Shown here piece by piece: positions 1 to 10,712 of a stretch of 64,000 bases of DNA (positions within the stretch are counted from its first letter, which is position 1; every line of letters starts with the position of its first letter). This DNA comes from Candidatus Latescibacterota bacterium (GTDB lineage Bacteria; Latescibacterota; UBA2968): NCBI GenBank assembly GCA_022823725.1, contig JAJEHL010000024.1:53767-117766 (forward strand), written 5' to 3'. Made by a program: the position numbers and the translations under genes. The notes under the pieces were generated by a model. That model saw nothing but the letters and a program-made list of their open reading frames with translations, did not search any database and had not been told where the DNA came from.

Positions 1-1025
1 AGTACAATCGCCACAAACGCCCCAAACCCCTGCCATCCCAACGCTGCTGGACTAACCGAATAAACCTCTGATGTACCAATGGTAAACCCCGTGCGATTAA
101 ACAATGCGACCTCAGCCATATTAAACAAGTTGAAGAACCACACACTGAAAATCACATCCACATTGACAAAATACGTAATCCCCACCAGAGGCAGCGAGAA
201 ATTTGACGAAATACCCGGCCAGACCTGCCCGCCCGGAATGCTCAATCGAATAGCGGGAATACTCGGCCATGCCTCAAAAAAATAACCCGGCACATTCCAC
301 GCAATTTTGCCAGCGGCAATGGCAAAGCCAATCCAGAACAATCGGCTACGCATAAATTTTGGCAAAATCCGGCCATCTTCGGCACCATCCATCATCGCCA
401 GCGGCACATCAACCAGAGGAAAATTCAACCGCTCTTTATCTACCCACTGCTTGCGAAACACCGCAATGAGACAAGTGCAAAGCGTCAGTGTTGCGACAAT
501 CACCGATCCCCACCAGAACAGCGGCATAATCCACACACCCCACGGGATTTCTGCGCCTGGCGGCAACCCCTCAAAAAACCAGGCCACGGCGCGTCCGCCT
601 CCAGGCACAGCCCACAGGGGTACATGGTCGTGTATAAATTCGCCCCAACCATTCTCAGTCGTCGCAAAATAAAAGGGCGAAGCCGACACGGAAATCACAT
701 AACCGGTCACGCCATAAGTCGGCACCGATACCGCCGCCAAAAGCATCGTATAGACCACGCCCAATTCATCGCCCGTCAATCCCCCCTCGCGCTTCACTGT
801 CTTCAAAATCGGGTTCAAAACCACAACCACAAAAATGAACAACGCCGCCAACCCCAGCGGAAAATAATTGGTCGTCAACAGCGTGGACCGCACAATCCAC
901 TCGGAAAACGGCGCCAACAGATTCACCGCAACAACGACCAGCATCCCAACCATCAATGCTTTTGGCGTCATGACCTGCCGCTGCTGGCCAACCTCTATTT
1001 CTCGGGAAAAGTCTCTCGTAGCCAC
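1..1025 (-). CDS. DUF6785-like polytopic membrane protein (3' end runs off the window)
   Basis: Not in the ORF track. Manual translation of the minus strand gives an open frame from GTG 1025 with many TM segments and the motifs SPFYFATTENGW, WFFEGLPPGAEIPWGVW and FRKQWVDKERLNFPL. Confidence 0.75.
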   Translation of the reverse strand, partial: MATRDFSREIEVGQQRQVMTPKALMVGMLVVVAVNLLAPFSEWIVRSTLLTTNYFPLGLAALFIFVVVVLNPILKTVKREGGLTGDELGVVYTMLLAAVSVPTYGVTGYVISVSASPFYFATTENGWGEFIHDHVPLWAVPGGGRAVAWFFEGLPPGAEIPWGVWIMPLFWWGSVIVATLTLCTCLIAVFRKQWVDKERLNFPLVDVPLAMMDGAEDGRILPKFMRSRLFWIGFAIAAGKIAWNVPGYFFEAWPSIPAIRLSIPGGQVWPGISSNFSLPLVGITYFVNVDVIFSVWFFNLFNMAEVALFNRTGFTIGTSEVYSVSPAALGWQGFGAFVAIV

Positions 1026-1084
1026 TGGTGCATTTCTCTGGGCGAATTTAATAAAATTGTTTCACTTCAATTTGAAAAAATCTC

Positions 1085-1112
1085 GAAACTCTTAAGATAA
1101 AAACGAGTCTAA
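1085..1112 (+). promoter_or_regulatory. Putative ECF-sigma promoter
   Basis: GAAACT-N16-GTCTAA upstream of the DUF4097 gene. Confidence 0.45.
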
Positions 1113-1156
1113 TTCTTTACCTTACTGTTTACCCACAGTTATATAAGGAGACAGCC

Positions 1157-1987
1157 ATGACCTCGCGCCTGATTTTCGTTCTTGCCGCGTTATTCGCACT
1201 CCCGGCCAGTGCCGCGGAAAAACGCGAAGAAATCGTCGAATACACCCTTGATTTTGTCCCTGGCAAAATGCTTTCAGTACACGCCCGAAATGGCGGAATC
1301 ACGCTTAAAACCTGGGCGCGCGATCAGGTCTTTGTTCGCGCCGAAAAAAAAGCAAAAGCGAGCGATGAAGAAGGGGCTGAAGAACTGCTCGAAACTACTA
1401 CCATCGAAATTAGTGAAACAGATAGCGGTATTGAGATTCGCACCCAACGCCCCGACAACAAGTGGAACCTGTTTAAGGACTGGAATATAAGCGTAAACTA
1501 TACGGTCACAGTCCCCCAAAGCGTACGCCTGGACCTCGATACCGTCAACGGAAGTATTTCTATCCCCCCGACCACGGGCAATGTGAAAAGCGAAACCGTG
1601 AATGGCAGTATCAAAATCAATGGCACGCGCGGCGCAATCGATGTCGAAACCGTGAACGGCAAAATCGCTCTTGCTGAGATTATCGGTGGTGTAAAAGCCG
1701 AAACCGTGAATGGCAGCATCGAAATCGCAATTACCGAGCAAATACAGAACGACATTCGTGCAGAAACTGTAAACGGAGGGGTGAAACTGTCCCTTCCCTC
1801 AGACTTTCAGGGACACATTCAGGCAAAAAGTACGATAGGCCATATTGATACAGAATTTCCAATTGTAGTTAAAGGGCGCGTTAGCGGACGCATTAGCAAG
1901 TCCATCCGTGGCGACCTCAATGGCGGAAATGGCCCGAATATAAAACTCCAAACCCTCAACGGAGGCATCGACATCAAACAGCTATAA
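1157..1987 (+). CDS. DUF4097 family beta-strand repeat secreted protein
   Basis: Signal peptide, repeated (A/S)ETVNG(S/K)I motifs, AAGGAG RBS. Confidence 0.85.
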   Translation: MTSRLIFVLAALFALPASAAEKREEIVEYTLDFVPGKMLSVHARNGGITLKTWARDQVFVRAEKKAKASDEEGAEELLETTTIEISETDSGIEIRTQRPDNKWNLFKDWNISVNYTVTVPQSVRLDLDTVNGSISIPPTTGNVKSETVNGSIKINGTRGAIDVETVNGKIALAEIIGGVKAETVNGSIEIAITEQIQNDIRAETVNGGVKLSLPSDFQGHIQAKSTIGHIDTEFPIVVKGRVSGRISKSIRGDLNGGNGPNIKLQTLNGGIDIKQL

Positions 1988-1989
1988 AC

Positions 1990-4179
1990 TTACACCAGGC
2001 GACCCTCCCGAATTTCCTGCCCATATACCCGCACTGTTTGTCCATTTGCGAGAGCTATTTTATTCACCCATCCATCGGCCAACTCCATCGCGCCTGCTTC
2101 GGCATCGGTCTCCCCATCAGCAGCGCGTATCCATCCTTCACCAGCTTCAGATTGCACAAAATAAAACGCTCTGCCATCGCGCAACGCAATCTGCCCGGCA
2201 ATCGCAACCCGCCCATTATCGGCCACCGCGGGAATGTATTCCACATGTGCTACTGGAGAGACTTCACCCGCCTTTACGGGATATAAAACATAAGACATAA
2301 GCGTGGGTCCATCGCCTTCTGCTTTAAAAATTGCCGTTGGAATCGGTTCGCACTGATAGGGTCCCCCCCGAGGAATCCATCCCTGCACGGTCGGCTCCTC
2401 CTGTCCACTTACAATACGCACATCCATCGGCTTTGTCGAAATGGCATAAATGCCCAGATTGCTCTCTCCCCCATTGTTCTTTGTCATAACACTGCGCCCA
2501 TTCGCCAGCACCTCGGCATCATCCGCATCCAGATGAAACATCGCTTCATACGTATGAGACGCCTCATCCGAGGGCATGAGAATATCCGTCACAATCCAGA
2601 ACTCCGGTTTCACAAACAAAATCGACCGCGTATGTGTAACCGTCTGATCCCGGTCTGGTCCATATCCCAAATCGTAACTCGCCGACGCATAATCGCATTT
2701 CTCATTTGAAATCCACGTATGCGGCAGCGGCTCGGACACCACGTAATCCTCCCGCGATTTCCCGCGCTGATTCTGCTCCATCCCATCCACCATCACCGTA
2801 TTGTGCGCGCGCGTTGACAGCACATAAGTGCGCCACTGCGACGAATCATAAGGATAATTCCCCGGATCCACCACATGCACGCGACCGTGTGCGTACAGCA
2901 TAATATTCAGCTTATCTTCGTGCTGATGCCCATAGCCAAACGGACCACCGTCAAAAAAGAGATAGAGATCATCCAGTTCCCAGCCCGAACGCATGACAAA
3001 ATGTCCCGCATAGGGAAAAGCGTACGACAGAGTTTGCGGCTTTGTTCCTTCAACACGTCCAGAACCCGCCCATTGAAAATCCGTCCGTTCAGGAAAAAAC
3101 CTGAATCCACCTTGCATGTAAGGCGCGATATCCGTTTGTCCGCCGTCATTGAGCGCGGGCAAACGCAAATTGGGCATCGCCAGATACAAATTGTAGTGAT
3201 ACATCCGCTCCAATTTTGCGACATAATCTGCCGGCAGGGGCAAATCATTCAACCGCGCAATCGCGAGCGCCATCACAAAATTTCGCAAACTCACCTGATG
3301 ATACCCACTCGACAACTCAATCTGCGCGCCATCCGGATAAACCTGCTCATCCAATTCTTCATACAGCGACTGCATTGCAATCTCACGCCAGCTTGCGGCT
3401 TCTTTGAACTCGGGGAACAACGCCCCAACGTGATATTGTCCATTGGCCTGCATCGTCTGCCAGTTGCCACCTCGCGGCCATAGCGTGAGATGCCGCGCGT
3501 GCTCGACCATGCTCTTCACCATCAAACACACGTCGTCATCTCCAAATGTTTCAGACGACAGAAAATAGTAAAACGCCGCAGGCCACGTCTGTCCCATCCG
3601 GATCCCACATTCAATCGTGCGCCAGCAATTCGTGCGATCCGTACCCATCTCTGCATCGTCTTTCCAGGTATTGCCATCCTCACCCACTGGCATCAGCACA
3701 TGTTCAACCCAGTGCCGCATCTGTCGTCTGAACGCATCGGCATATTTTTCATCGCCCGTTTTCCAATACGCCTGCCCCAGCGTGACCCAAAACGGATGGC
3801 GCGACAACTGCCACGTCCATTCCCTGTAATTAATCGGATCCAATTCCCAATTGATTACATCCCCAAACACCTCTTCTACATCGCAACTCACCAGCGTATT
3901 TGCCACAATGCGATCGGCCTTTTCGAGATCAACATCTCTGATCGCGCGATCTCCCACGCGCACCAACTCGACCTCTGCATCCCGGTCTTGTGGCTCTGAC
4001 CGATTTCGCCAATCAGAAAACCATCGCGGATATTCTCGCGTGCGAACGTGTTCTGCAAACGCACGCCGCGCACCCGTCCAATCTCGCGCCTCTACCGCCT
4101 TTTTTACAGTCTGCATGTCCGCACGCGACAAATCGAGCGCCTCAAAAAACGCTTCATCACTCAATCGCGGTCCAATCAT
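1990..4179 (-). CDS. Heparinase II/III family polysaccharide lyase
   Basis: Motifs WRTIECGIR, NWQTM, QVYPDGAQIELSSGYH, GHQHEDKL, AHNTVMVDG. Start placed at the ATG after GGAGGA. Confidence 0.85.
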   Translation of the reverse strand: MIGPRLSDEAFFEALDLSRADMQTVKKAVEARDWTGARRAFAEHVRTREYPRWFSDWRNRSEPQDRDAEVELVRVGDRAIRDVDLEKADRIVANTLVSCDVEEVFGDVINWELDPINYREWTWQLSRHPFWVTLGQAYWKTGDEKYADAFRRQMRHWVEHVLMPVGEDGNTWKDDAEMGTDRTNCWRTIECGIRMGQTWPAAFYYFLSSETFGDDDVCLMVKSMVEHARHLTLWPRGGNWQTMQANGQYHVGALFPEFKEAASWREIAMQSLYEELDEQVYPDGAQIELSSGYHQVSLRNFVMALAIARLNDLPLPADYVAKLERMYHYNLYLAMPNLRLPALNDGGQTDIAPYMQGGFRFFPERTDFQWAGSGRVEGTKPQTLSYAFPYAGHFVMRSGWELDDLYLFFDGGPFGYGHQHEDKLNIMLYAHGRVHVVDPGNYPYDSSQWRTYVLSTRAHNTVMVDGMEQNQRGKSREDYVVSEPLPHTWISNEKCDYASASYDLGYGPDRDQTVTHTRSILFVKPEFWIVTDILMPSDEASHTYEAMFHLDADDAEVLANGRSVMTKNNGGESNLGIYAISTKPMDVRIVSGQEEPTVQGWIPRGGPYQCEPIPTAIFKAEGDGPTLMSYVLYPVKAGEVSPVAHVEYIPAVADNGRVAIAGQIALRDGRAFYFVQSEAGEGWIRAADGETDAEAGAMELADGWVNKIALANGQTVRVYGQEIREGRLV

Positions 4180-4350
4180 GTCTTCCTCCATTTTTATCAC
4201 TTTTTCCCACAATACTTTATGTCTTCTCTTAAAATATCACAATGACACTGCCCTGCCACTATTTTCTGAGCAGGACAAAACCCCCGCGCTTTTTTTTTGT
4301 ATTTCATGTGCGACACACCTATATTGCGCCGCACATGAAAGGAGATCGTT

Positions 4351-5148
4351 ATGTTTTGCGACACACAGAAACGGCAGTACAGGAAGCAGGGGTTTTTTAT
4401 TGTCGATGACGCCGTTGATCCCGATATGCTAAAACCTTTGTTGGAAGCTGCGATTCGCACAAAAAAAAAGGTGCGTTCAGGCGAAGTAGATTTGTACACC
4501 CACCGCTCGGAGGACGGCGAACCCTGGGCGATTCGCGGGTTATTTTCCCCCGAGATGAACGAGCCGATTTTTGCCGAATATCTGATGTCAGAACCCATAA
4601 TGAAATACACGCACGCATTCTTAGGCACACAGCTACAATTGGGAGGCGCGCTCATCTTCACAAATCCATATCAAGCGGATTACGGTTTTGGCTGGCACCG
4701 GGATTTTGGGGGTAAGGAACGTGACGGGTCGTATCAGATAGAAATGGAAATTTTGAATCGTCCCCAAAGGGGTTTGAGGTGGCATCTCGCACTGGTAGAT
4801 GATTATTGTTTGCAAATTGTGCCCGGCAGCCACAAAAGGTACCGCACCCCCCACGAACGCAGGTGCTTGTTGGAAGAACGCCACGACAATATCCCGGGAC
4901 AGTATGCCGTGCCCCTCAAAGCTGGACAAACCGCATTTTGGACTGGCAATTTGATTCACCGCGGAGTAATGAAAAAGGATGTGGAGCGATTGACCCTGTC
5001 CGGAAGCTGGAGTATGTACTCAAAGGATGGCAAGCCCGGCGAGACAGACCCGCGCCTGAAGTGGATGCTGGCGGACAATGTGCGCGAATTTTTGCCAAAA
5101 GAAATGCGCCCATTATACGACCGATGGCGGGTATTGCAAAAGGGGTAA
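4351..5148 (+). CDS. Phytanoyl-CoA dioxygenase (PhyH) family Fe(II)/2OG oxygenase
   Basis: WHRD, LQIVPGSHK and distal HRG facial-triad motifs. Confidence 0.85.
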   Translation: MFCDTQKRQYRKQGFFIVDDAVDPDMLKPLLEAAIRTKKKVRSGEVDLYTHRSEDGEPWAIRGLFSPEMNEPIFAEYLMSEPIMKYTHAFLGTQLQLGGALIFTNPYQADYGFGWHRDFGGKERDGSYQIEMEILNRPQRGLRWHLALVDDYCLQIVPGSHKRYRTPHERRCLLEERHDNIPGQYAVPLKAGQTAFWTGNLIHRGVMKKDVERLTLSGSWSMYSKDGKPGETDPRLKWMLADNVREFLPKEMRPLYDRWRVLQKG

Positions 5149-5166
5149 GGCCGTAAAAGGTAAGAT

Positions 5167-6279
5167 ATGAAAATTACCCATATTGAAGCCATTCATTTGC
5201 GACTGCCAGAAGTTGTAGAGGCAGCCGATGGGACTCAGGACTGCCTGATCGTGCGGGTGCATACCGATGAGGGCATAACGGGATTGGGTGAAGTCGTATC
5301 GTGTTCCTATGTAGCCAAAGCCGTAATAGAAGCACCGCGCTCTGCGCCATTTCGCCACGGCCTATCGGCGATCGTAACCGGCATGGACGCGCTGGATTTT
5401 GACGCCATTCACAACGCCATGATCGAAGGCGTATCCTGGTATGGTCCAGGCGGCGTGGCGCGACAGGCCATGAGTGGCATTGACATGGCACTGTGGGATA
5501 TTCGAGGGAAAGCCGAAGGCAAGCCCGTGCGCAAGCTATTGCGAGAAAATGCTGCAGATGCAGTGCCCGCTTATGCCAGCGTCCTGTGGCCCGAGCGTCC
5601 GGAATTGGTAAAGGAAACCGCCAGCGCATTTTTGGCACAGGATTATCAATCTGTAAAATACGGTTGGGCGCCAATGGGACCAGACGCAGATTTAGACGAA
5701 GCACTGGTCGCTGCCGCACGAGAGGCTTTGGGACCAGATGTAAATTTGATGGTGGATGCTGGTCGCGCGTGGGATGCGGAAACAGCGCTGGAGCGCGTGG
5801 CGAGATTTAAAAAACACAATGTATTCTGGCTCGAGGAGCCATTGCACCCATTTGATGTGCAGGGATATGGCGAACTCTCAACACAGTCAGCCATACCAAT
5901 TGCAGGTGGCGAAGCAATGACTCTGGTAAGCGAATACGCCGACTTGTTGCACAATGGCAAACTCCACTTTGTACAACCCGATCTGGGGCGCGTAGGCGGA
6001 ATTACCGGCGGCCTGGCAATTGAAAAACTGGCAAAAGAGACGGGCGCGCGCGCCGTACCTCACGCATTTGGCACCGGGGTCTTATTGGCAGCATCTGCCC
6101 AATGGGCCGCAGCGAGCGAACAGCCTCTGACAGAATACACGCGAGCACCATCTCCCCTGGCGCAAAAACTCGCCCAACACGAGATGGCATTTCGAAATGG
6201 CGCGCTACATCTGACAGACCAACCCGGACTGGGCGTAGATCTGGACGAAGATGTGGTGGCGGAGTTCCGGGTAATGTAG
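5167..6279 (+). CDS. Mandelate racemase/muconate lactonizing enzyme family (sugar-acid dehydratase-like)
   Basis: SGIDMALWDIRGK, LMVDAG, WLEEP, IAGGE, PGLGV. Confidence 0.88.
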   Translation: MKITHIEAIHLRLPEVVEAADGTQDCLIVRVHTDEGITGLGEVVSCSYVAKAVIEAPRSAPFRHGLSAIVTGMDALDFDAIHNAMIEGVSWYGPGGVARQAMSGIDMALWDIRGKAEGKPVRKLLRENAADAVPAYASVLWPERPELVKETASAFLAQDYQSVKYGWAPMGPDADLDEALVAAAREALGPDVNLMVDAGRAWDAETALERVARFKKHNVFWLEEPLHPFDVQGYGELSTQSAIPIAGGEAMTLVSEYADLLHNGKLHFVQPDLGRVGGITGGLAIEKLAKETGARAVPHAFGTGVLLAASAQWAAASEQPLTEYTRAPSPLAQKLAQHEMAFRNGALHLTDQPGLGVDLDEDVVAEFRVM

Positions 6280-6302
6280 GGGCGGTGCTCCTGAGCCTGC
6301 CC
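6276..6302 (+). repeat. REP-like GTAG-initiated palindrome
   Basis: GTAG-GGGC..GCTC-CT-GAGC..GCCC hairpin overlapping the stop codon. Only one copy seen in the window. Confidence 0.35.
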
Positions 6303-6347
6303 ATAGTGATGGCGATGTCTCATGTGACCACTTAGAAAGGTAAAAAA

Positions 6348-7211
6348 ATGGCCTCTGTAAAAGATATCTACAAATTTGACGAACTGACCTGGCCCGAAGT
6401 GAATGAAGCGGTGGAAATGGGAAAAATTCCGATTATTCCAACCGGCGCAGTCGAACAGCACGGGCATCACTTGCCCCTGAAAGTTGATCATCTGTGTGCC
6501 AATGCTGTGGCGACCGAAGGCGCGCGCCTAAAACCGGAATACAGCCTGGTGCTACCGCCCGTGAGTTATGGCTACGTGCATCACGTCATGGATTTTCCTG
6601 GGTCACTGAATATACACTACGAACACTTCATTCAGTATCTGCTGGACATTTGCAAAAGTCTTGCCTATCACGGCTTTAAGAAAATGATCCTCGTCAACGG
6701 ACACGGTTCCAACCACAATCTGGTCGAAATGGTCGCCCGGCGCACAATCGTAGAAACAGACGCGAGTTGCGCTTTCTGTTCGTGGTGGCAATTGCTCAAA
6801 GTCGATCCGGACTTTGACAAAGAATGGCGCGAGAGCGTATTTCCCGGCGGGTGTTCGCATGCGGGCGAGTTGGAAACGTCCATGTTGCTCCACTTGTCTC
6901 CGGAAAGCGTGCGCAAGGATAAAATCAAGAGCGAAATTGCCAGGACCAATAAACGGGGATCCAAATTCGTCTGGACCGATCTGTTCAGCAGAGGACCTGT
7001 GGGCATAATTGAATGGACGAGTCAATATACGGATTCGGGCGTGATGGGCGAGGCGGAAAAGGCAACCGCAGAAAAGGGCAAAATTGTGTTTGAAGAAGCG
7101 AGCAAGAATCTGGCGCAATTCGTCGAAGAATATTATCATCAAAAGATCGAAACCCCCACGCAAAATCAGGCACAAGAACCGACATTTCCATTATCATTTA
7201 CCAGTCATTAG
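6348..7211 (+). CDS. Creatininase/MftE family amidohydrolase
   Basis: GAVEQHGHHLPLKVD, NGHGSN, HAGELETS. Confidence 0.9.
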   Translation: MASVKDIYKFDELTWPEVNEAVEMGKIPIIPTGAVEQHGHHLPLKVDHLCANAVATEGARLKPEYSLVLPPVSYGYVHHVMDFPGSLNIHYEHFIQYLLDICKSLAYHGFKKMILVNGHGSNHNLVEMVARRTIVETDASCAFCSWWQLLKVDPDFDKEWRESVFPGGCSHAGELETSMLLHLSPESVRKDKIKSEIARTNKRGSKFVWTDLFSRGPVGIIEWTSQYTDSGVMGEAEKATAEKGKIVFEEASKNLAQFVEEYYHQKIETPTQNQAQEPTFPLSFTSH

Positions 7212-7232
7212 GCATTCGCATAAGGAGAAAAC

Positions 7233-8195
7233 ATGAAACTCGCGACTTATTCAGTCGGCGGACAAGAATCCATTGGCGCAGTCGTCGCAGATGACACGAT
7301 TGTTGTCGATCTCGCCGCAGCAGGCAGAGCATTGGCTCAATCAGAAAACCCTCCCTTTTTTACGGATATGCTAACCCTTCTCGAAGCCGGAGCAGAGGGC
7401 CAATCTGCGGCACAACAGGCTGTGGCTGATGTCGAAAAGCGTTTGAATGGCACACCAGATGGCGAGACCAGCTTTGCCGTCAGCGAAGTCAAATTGAACG
7501 CACCAGTACCCAATCCGCGCAAATTATTCTGCCTGGCGGGTAATTATCAGGATCACATTGAAGAAGGCGGAACGGCCAAGATGCAAATTCAGGACAAGGA
7601 AACCCCGCGCGTGTTTATGAAGCCCCCAACATCAACTGTAATCGGGCCAGGCGATCAAATTTTGATCCCCCCCATCGCAAGAAGCGTAGATTGGGAAGGC
7701 GAACTGGCTGTCGTAATAGGCCGAGAGGCAAAGGGCGTACAAGCAGAAGATGCGCTGGACTACGTCGCGGGTTATACGGTCATGAATGATGTTTCCGAGC
7801 GCACGTTGGAAATTAAAAAACGCACAGATAGCCGCCCAAGAGATGAATGGTTTGACTGGTTAAACGGCAAATGGCTGGACACCTTTGCGCCCCAGGGACC
7901 GTGGATTGTAACTTCAGATGAAATCACAGATCCACACACCCTCGACATCAGCACGTATGTGAACGGCGACCGCAAACAGCACAACAACACGGGACAAATG
8001 TTGTATCCCGTGGATAAAATTATCGAATACATCTCGGCGATTATCACACTCGAACCGGGCGATCTGATCAGCACAGGTACAATTTCGGGCGTAGGTAATA
8101 CAACGGGAACCTATATGCAACCGGGCGATACGGTAGAAATTGAGATCTCGGGCATTGGACGATTGGTAAATACAGTAGCTGCAAGTGAGAAATAG
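7233..8195 (+). CDS. Fumarylacetoacetate hydrolase family protein
   Basis: NYQDH, VDWEGELAVVIG, NDVSER, LEPGDLISTGT. Confidence 0.9.
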   Translation: MKLATYSVGGQESIGAVVADDTIVVDLAAAGRALAQSENPPFFTDMLTLLEAGAEGQSAAQQAVADVEKRLNGTPDGETSFAVSEVKLNAPVPNPRKLFCLAGNYQDHIEEGGTAKMQIQDKETPRVFMKPPTSTVIGPGDQILIPPIARSVDWEGELAVVIGREAKGVQAEDALDYVAGYTVMNDVSERTLEIKKRTDSRPRDEWFDWLNGKWLDTFAPQGPWIVTSDEITDPHTLDISTYVNGDRKQHNNTGQMLYPVDKIIEYISAIITLEPGDLISTGTISGVGNTTGTYMQPGDTVEIEISGIGRLVNTVAASEK

Positions 8196-8279
8196 CTATC
8201 TCTCCCTTGATTGACAAAATAATGGCAGGCACGGGCAACCGCTGCCTGCCTTCTGTGTACCGGTGAAAAGGACTCAAAC

Positions 8280-9707
8280 ATGGACCGACCAAACTTGCTC
8301 TACATCCACTCAGATCAACACAGCCCAAAAGTGCTCGGCTGCTATGGCGACCCACTCGTTCAAACGCCCCATCTGGATGCCCTCGCTGCACGGGGCATAA
8401 TATTTAACAATGCCTATTGCCCATCGCCTGTATGCACGCCATCGCGGATGTCGATGCTAACCGGACGGTATCCGTATGAAAATGAAGTGTGGACAAACCA
8501 TCACATCCTGGATTCGGGACGACCAACAATCGCGCATGCAATGGGCGCGGCGGGCTACCGTCCCGTACTCACAGGGCGAATGCATGCCCTGGGCACAGAC
8601 CAGTTGCACGGGTATGTGGATCGTCCCATTGGAGATCATTCTTCGAATTACCCGGGCACAGGCGACGCTCCCAGCAACTTAATCCAATCGGTTCAAAAAT
8701 CAGGTGCGGGCCAGAGCAGTTACGAAGTACACGATGAAGATGTAACAGCGGCAGCAATTGATTTTATCAATCGAGAGGGCATAAAAAAACGCAGTGGACA
8801 AACGGATACCCCCTTTTGCTTGCATGTGGGATATATACTGCCACACTCGCCGTACATTGCGCGAAAAGCAGACTACGATCAGTACATCGATGTGATTACG
8901 CCGCCAAAACATCCCAAACCAACAGGCGATGAGTCGCATCCCTTTTTTCAATGGTGGCGCGAACGGAATCGTTTTGGGGAAATTGAAGATACTGATACCA
9001 CGCGCGCCCGCGCAGCTTACTGGGCACTGGTCACAGCGATGGATCGCCTGATCGGACAACTTTTGGAGGCATTAGAACGGAATGGATTTACAAAAAACAC
9101 AATGATCGTATATTCATCAGACCACGGCGAACAGGTGGGGGAAAAAGCACTGTGGATGAAGCGAACATTTTACGAAGAATCCGTTCGAGTACCGGCAATT
9201 ATTTCATGGCCCGATGTGCTGCCCAAAGGACAGGTCAACAACCGCGTCATCAGCGCATTGGACTTAAATGCAACCATGCTCGACGCATTGAACGCACCCG
9301 AATTGCCCTATTCCCGCGGGCGCAGCCTGTTGCCATTGCTGCGCGGTGAGGCAGATACCTGGGAAGATATTGCCTTTTCAGAATACTGTATCTACGAAGG
9401 CCATTACCAGCGCATGATTCGACAAGACGAATGGAAACTGATTTACTATCACGGCTATGATCCGCAATTATTCAATCTATCCGAAGATCCTGAAGAATTG
9501 CACAATCGGGCGGGCGACGAAGATTGTCGGGCGATTCAAGAAGAACTAACAGCAAAAGTACTGGATGGCTGGGATCCGGAGTGGGTCGCACAAAAGATGC
9601 TGGAAAAAAGAAGGGATCTGGAGATCATTCGGGAATGGGCAAGCGCGACAAATGCACCTGAGCAATGCCAGTGGCCTCAAACCCCAGGGATGACATATCT
9701 GGAATAA
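8280..9707 (+). CDS. Cys-type sulfatase (choline-sulfatase-like)
   Basis: PNLLYIHSDQH, CTPSR formylglycine motif, SDHGE. Confidence 0.9.
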   Translation: MDRPNLLYIHSDQHSPKVLGCYGDPLVQTPHLDALAARGIIFNNAYCPSPVCTPSRMSMLTGRYPYENEVWTNHHILDSGRPTIAHAMGAAGYRPVLTGRMHALGTDQLHGYVDRPIGDHSSNYPGTGDAPSNLIQSVQKSGAGQSSYEVHDEDVTAAAIDFINREGIKKRSGQTDTPFCLHVGYILPHSPYIARKADYDQYIDVITPPKHPKPTGDESHPFFQWWRERNRFGEIEDTDTTRARAAYWALVTAMDRLIGQLLEALERNGFTKNTMIVYSSDHGEQVGEKALWMKRTFYEESVRVPAIISWPDVLPKGQVNNRVISALDLNATMLDALNAPELPYSRGRSLLPLLRGEADTWEDIAFSEYCIYEGHYQRMIRQDEWKLIYYHGYDPQLFNLSEDPEELHNRAGDEDCRAIQEELTAKVLDGWDPEWVAQKMLEKRRDLEIIREWASATNAPEQCQWPQTPGMTYLE

Positions 9708-9797
9708 AAATGGAATTTAATCCTTGATCAACAATCGCATTTCCGATATTTTCAACCCATCAAAAAAATATCCACAGGAGTTTTTACGGAGGTATGA

Positions 9798-10631
9798 TTG
9801 ATGGTGCGGTTGAAATTTTGGGCCGACCGATTTTTTGTCGGCCTTTTTTGTGTACTCATGGCGAGTTTAAGCGGCTGTGATTATCTATTGCCAAAAGAAA
9901 CAGTCTATGTCACCGTTCCCATTCTGAATTTGCGCGAGAAGCCAACGACAAAATCGCAGGTGGTTGAGCGCTTGCAGCGCGGTCGTGAATTGGAGATTTT
10001 CGAAAGAGCCAATCCCTGGTTACGCGTACGTGCAGATGGCAAAACTGAGGGATGGGTACACGGCAATTATGTCGGAGACGCCGCAGCCGTGCGCGCAGCT
10101 TTGCAAAAAGACCTCGCGCGTCGCTCTTCAAGCACGCGGAAAAAGCGGCCTGTAACGCAACCCGTTCAGCCTGCAACTGAACCGCAAACGACGCAAGAGG
10201 CACCGGCAATACCACCGTCTCCCGGTGCGCTATCCATTGATGGCATGATCGCGGGCATGCCCGATGATCTGATACTGGAAGAAGTAGATCCCCTTGAGGG
10301 ACAACCACGCCATTTTGGCGCAACGGGTAGTGGACAGGTCGTACTGGAGTTCTGGGGACCAGAAGTTGATTTGTTGCGATCCGAAATTATGGTAACCGTA
10401 CTCGATATACCCGACGCCGACTTGAACCGCAATGCAGACCTCGTGCGCTTGTTTATTCGAAATGCCGTACCGCAATGGCAACGCGACACAGCCTGGGTCG
10501 CAAATTTTTTGCGGGAATTGTCGAGCCAGGATGTTGGCACAGGCGGGTTTGACACGCGCAGCAAAACCGTCAGATTCCGCTTTATCAAACCCCTGAGCGC
10601 GATTCGCGTAACAATTGAAAAAGCGTCGTGA
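9798..10631 (+). CDS. SH3_3 domain lipoprotein
   Basis: Lipobox-like LSGC, LNLREKP...EGWV SH3b motif, Pro/Gln-rich linker. Confidence 0.75.
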   Translation: MMVRLKFWADRFFVGLFCVLMASLSGCDYLLPKETVYVTVPILNLREKPTTKSQVVERLQRGRELEIFERANPWLRVRADGKTEGWVHGNYVGDAAAVRAALQKDLARRSSSTRKKRPVTQPVQPATEPQTTQEAPAIPPSPGALSIDGMIAGMPDDLILEEVDPLEGQPRHFGATGSGQVVLEFWGPEVDLLRSEIMVTVLDIPDADLNRNADLVRLFIRNAVPQWQRDTAWVANFLRELSSQDVGTGGFDTRSKTVRFRFIKPLSAIRVTIEKAS

Positions 10632-10655
10632 TCAATCAGCGGTTAGCCCCCTCCG

Positions 10656-10695
10656 AAAAACAAAAACGCCGAGAGCTATTCACCCTCGGCGTTTT
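10656..10695 (-). terminator. Intrinsic terminator of dnaK (probably bidirectional)
   Basis: AAAACGCCGAG...CTCGGCGTTTT hairpin between convergent genes. Confidence 0.75.
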
Positions 10696-10712
10696 GTTGT
10701 AATATCCAGCCT

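Noticed and set aside
79-1100. Plus-strand ORFs at the window start
   Set aside because: They are shadows of the minus-strand DUF6785-like membrane protein gene, which the track missed because it runs off the edge.
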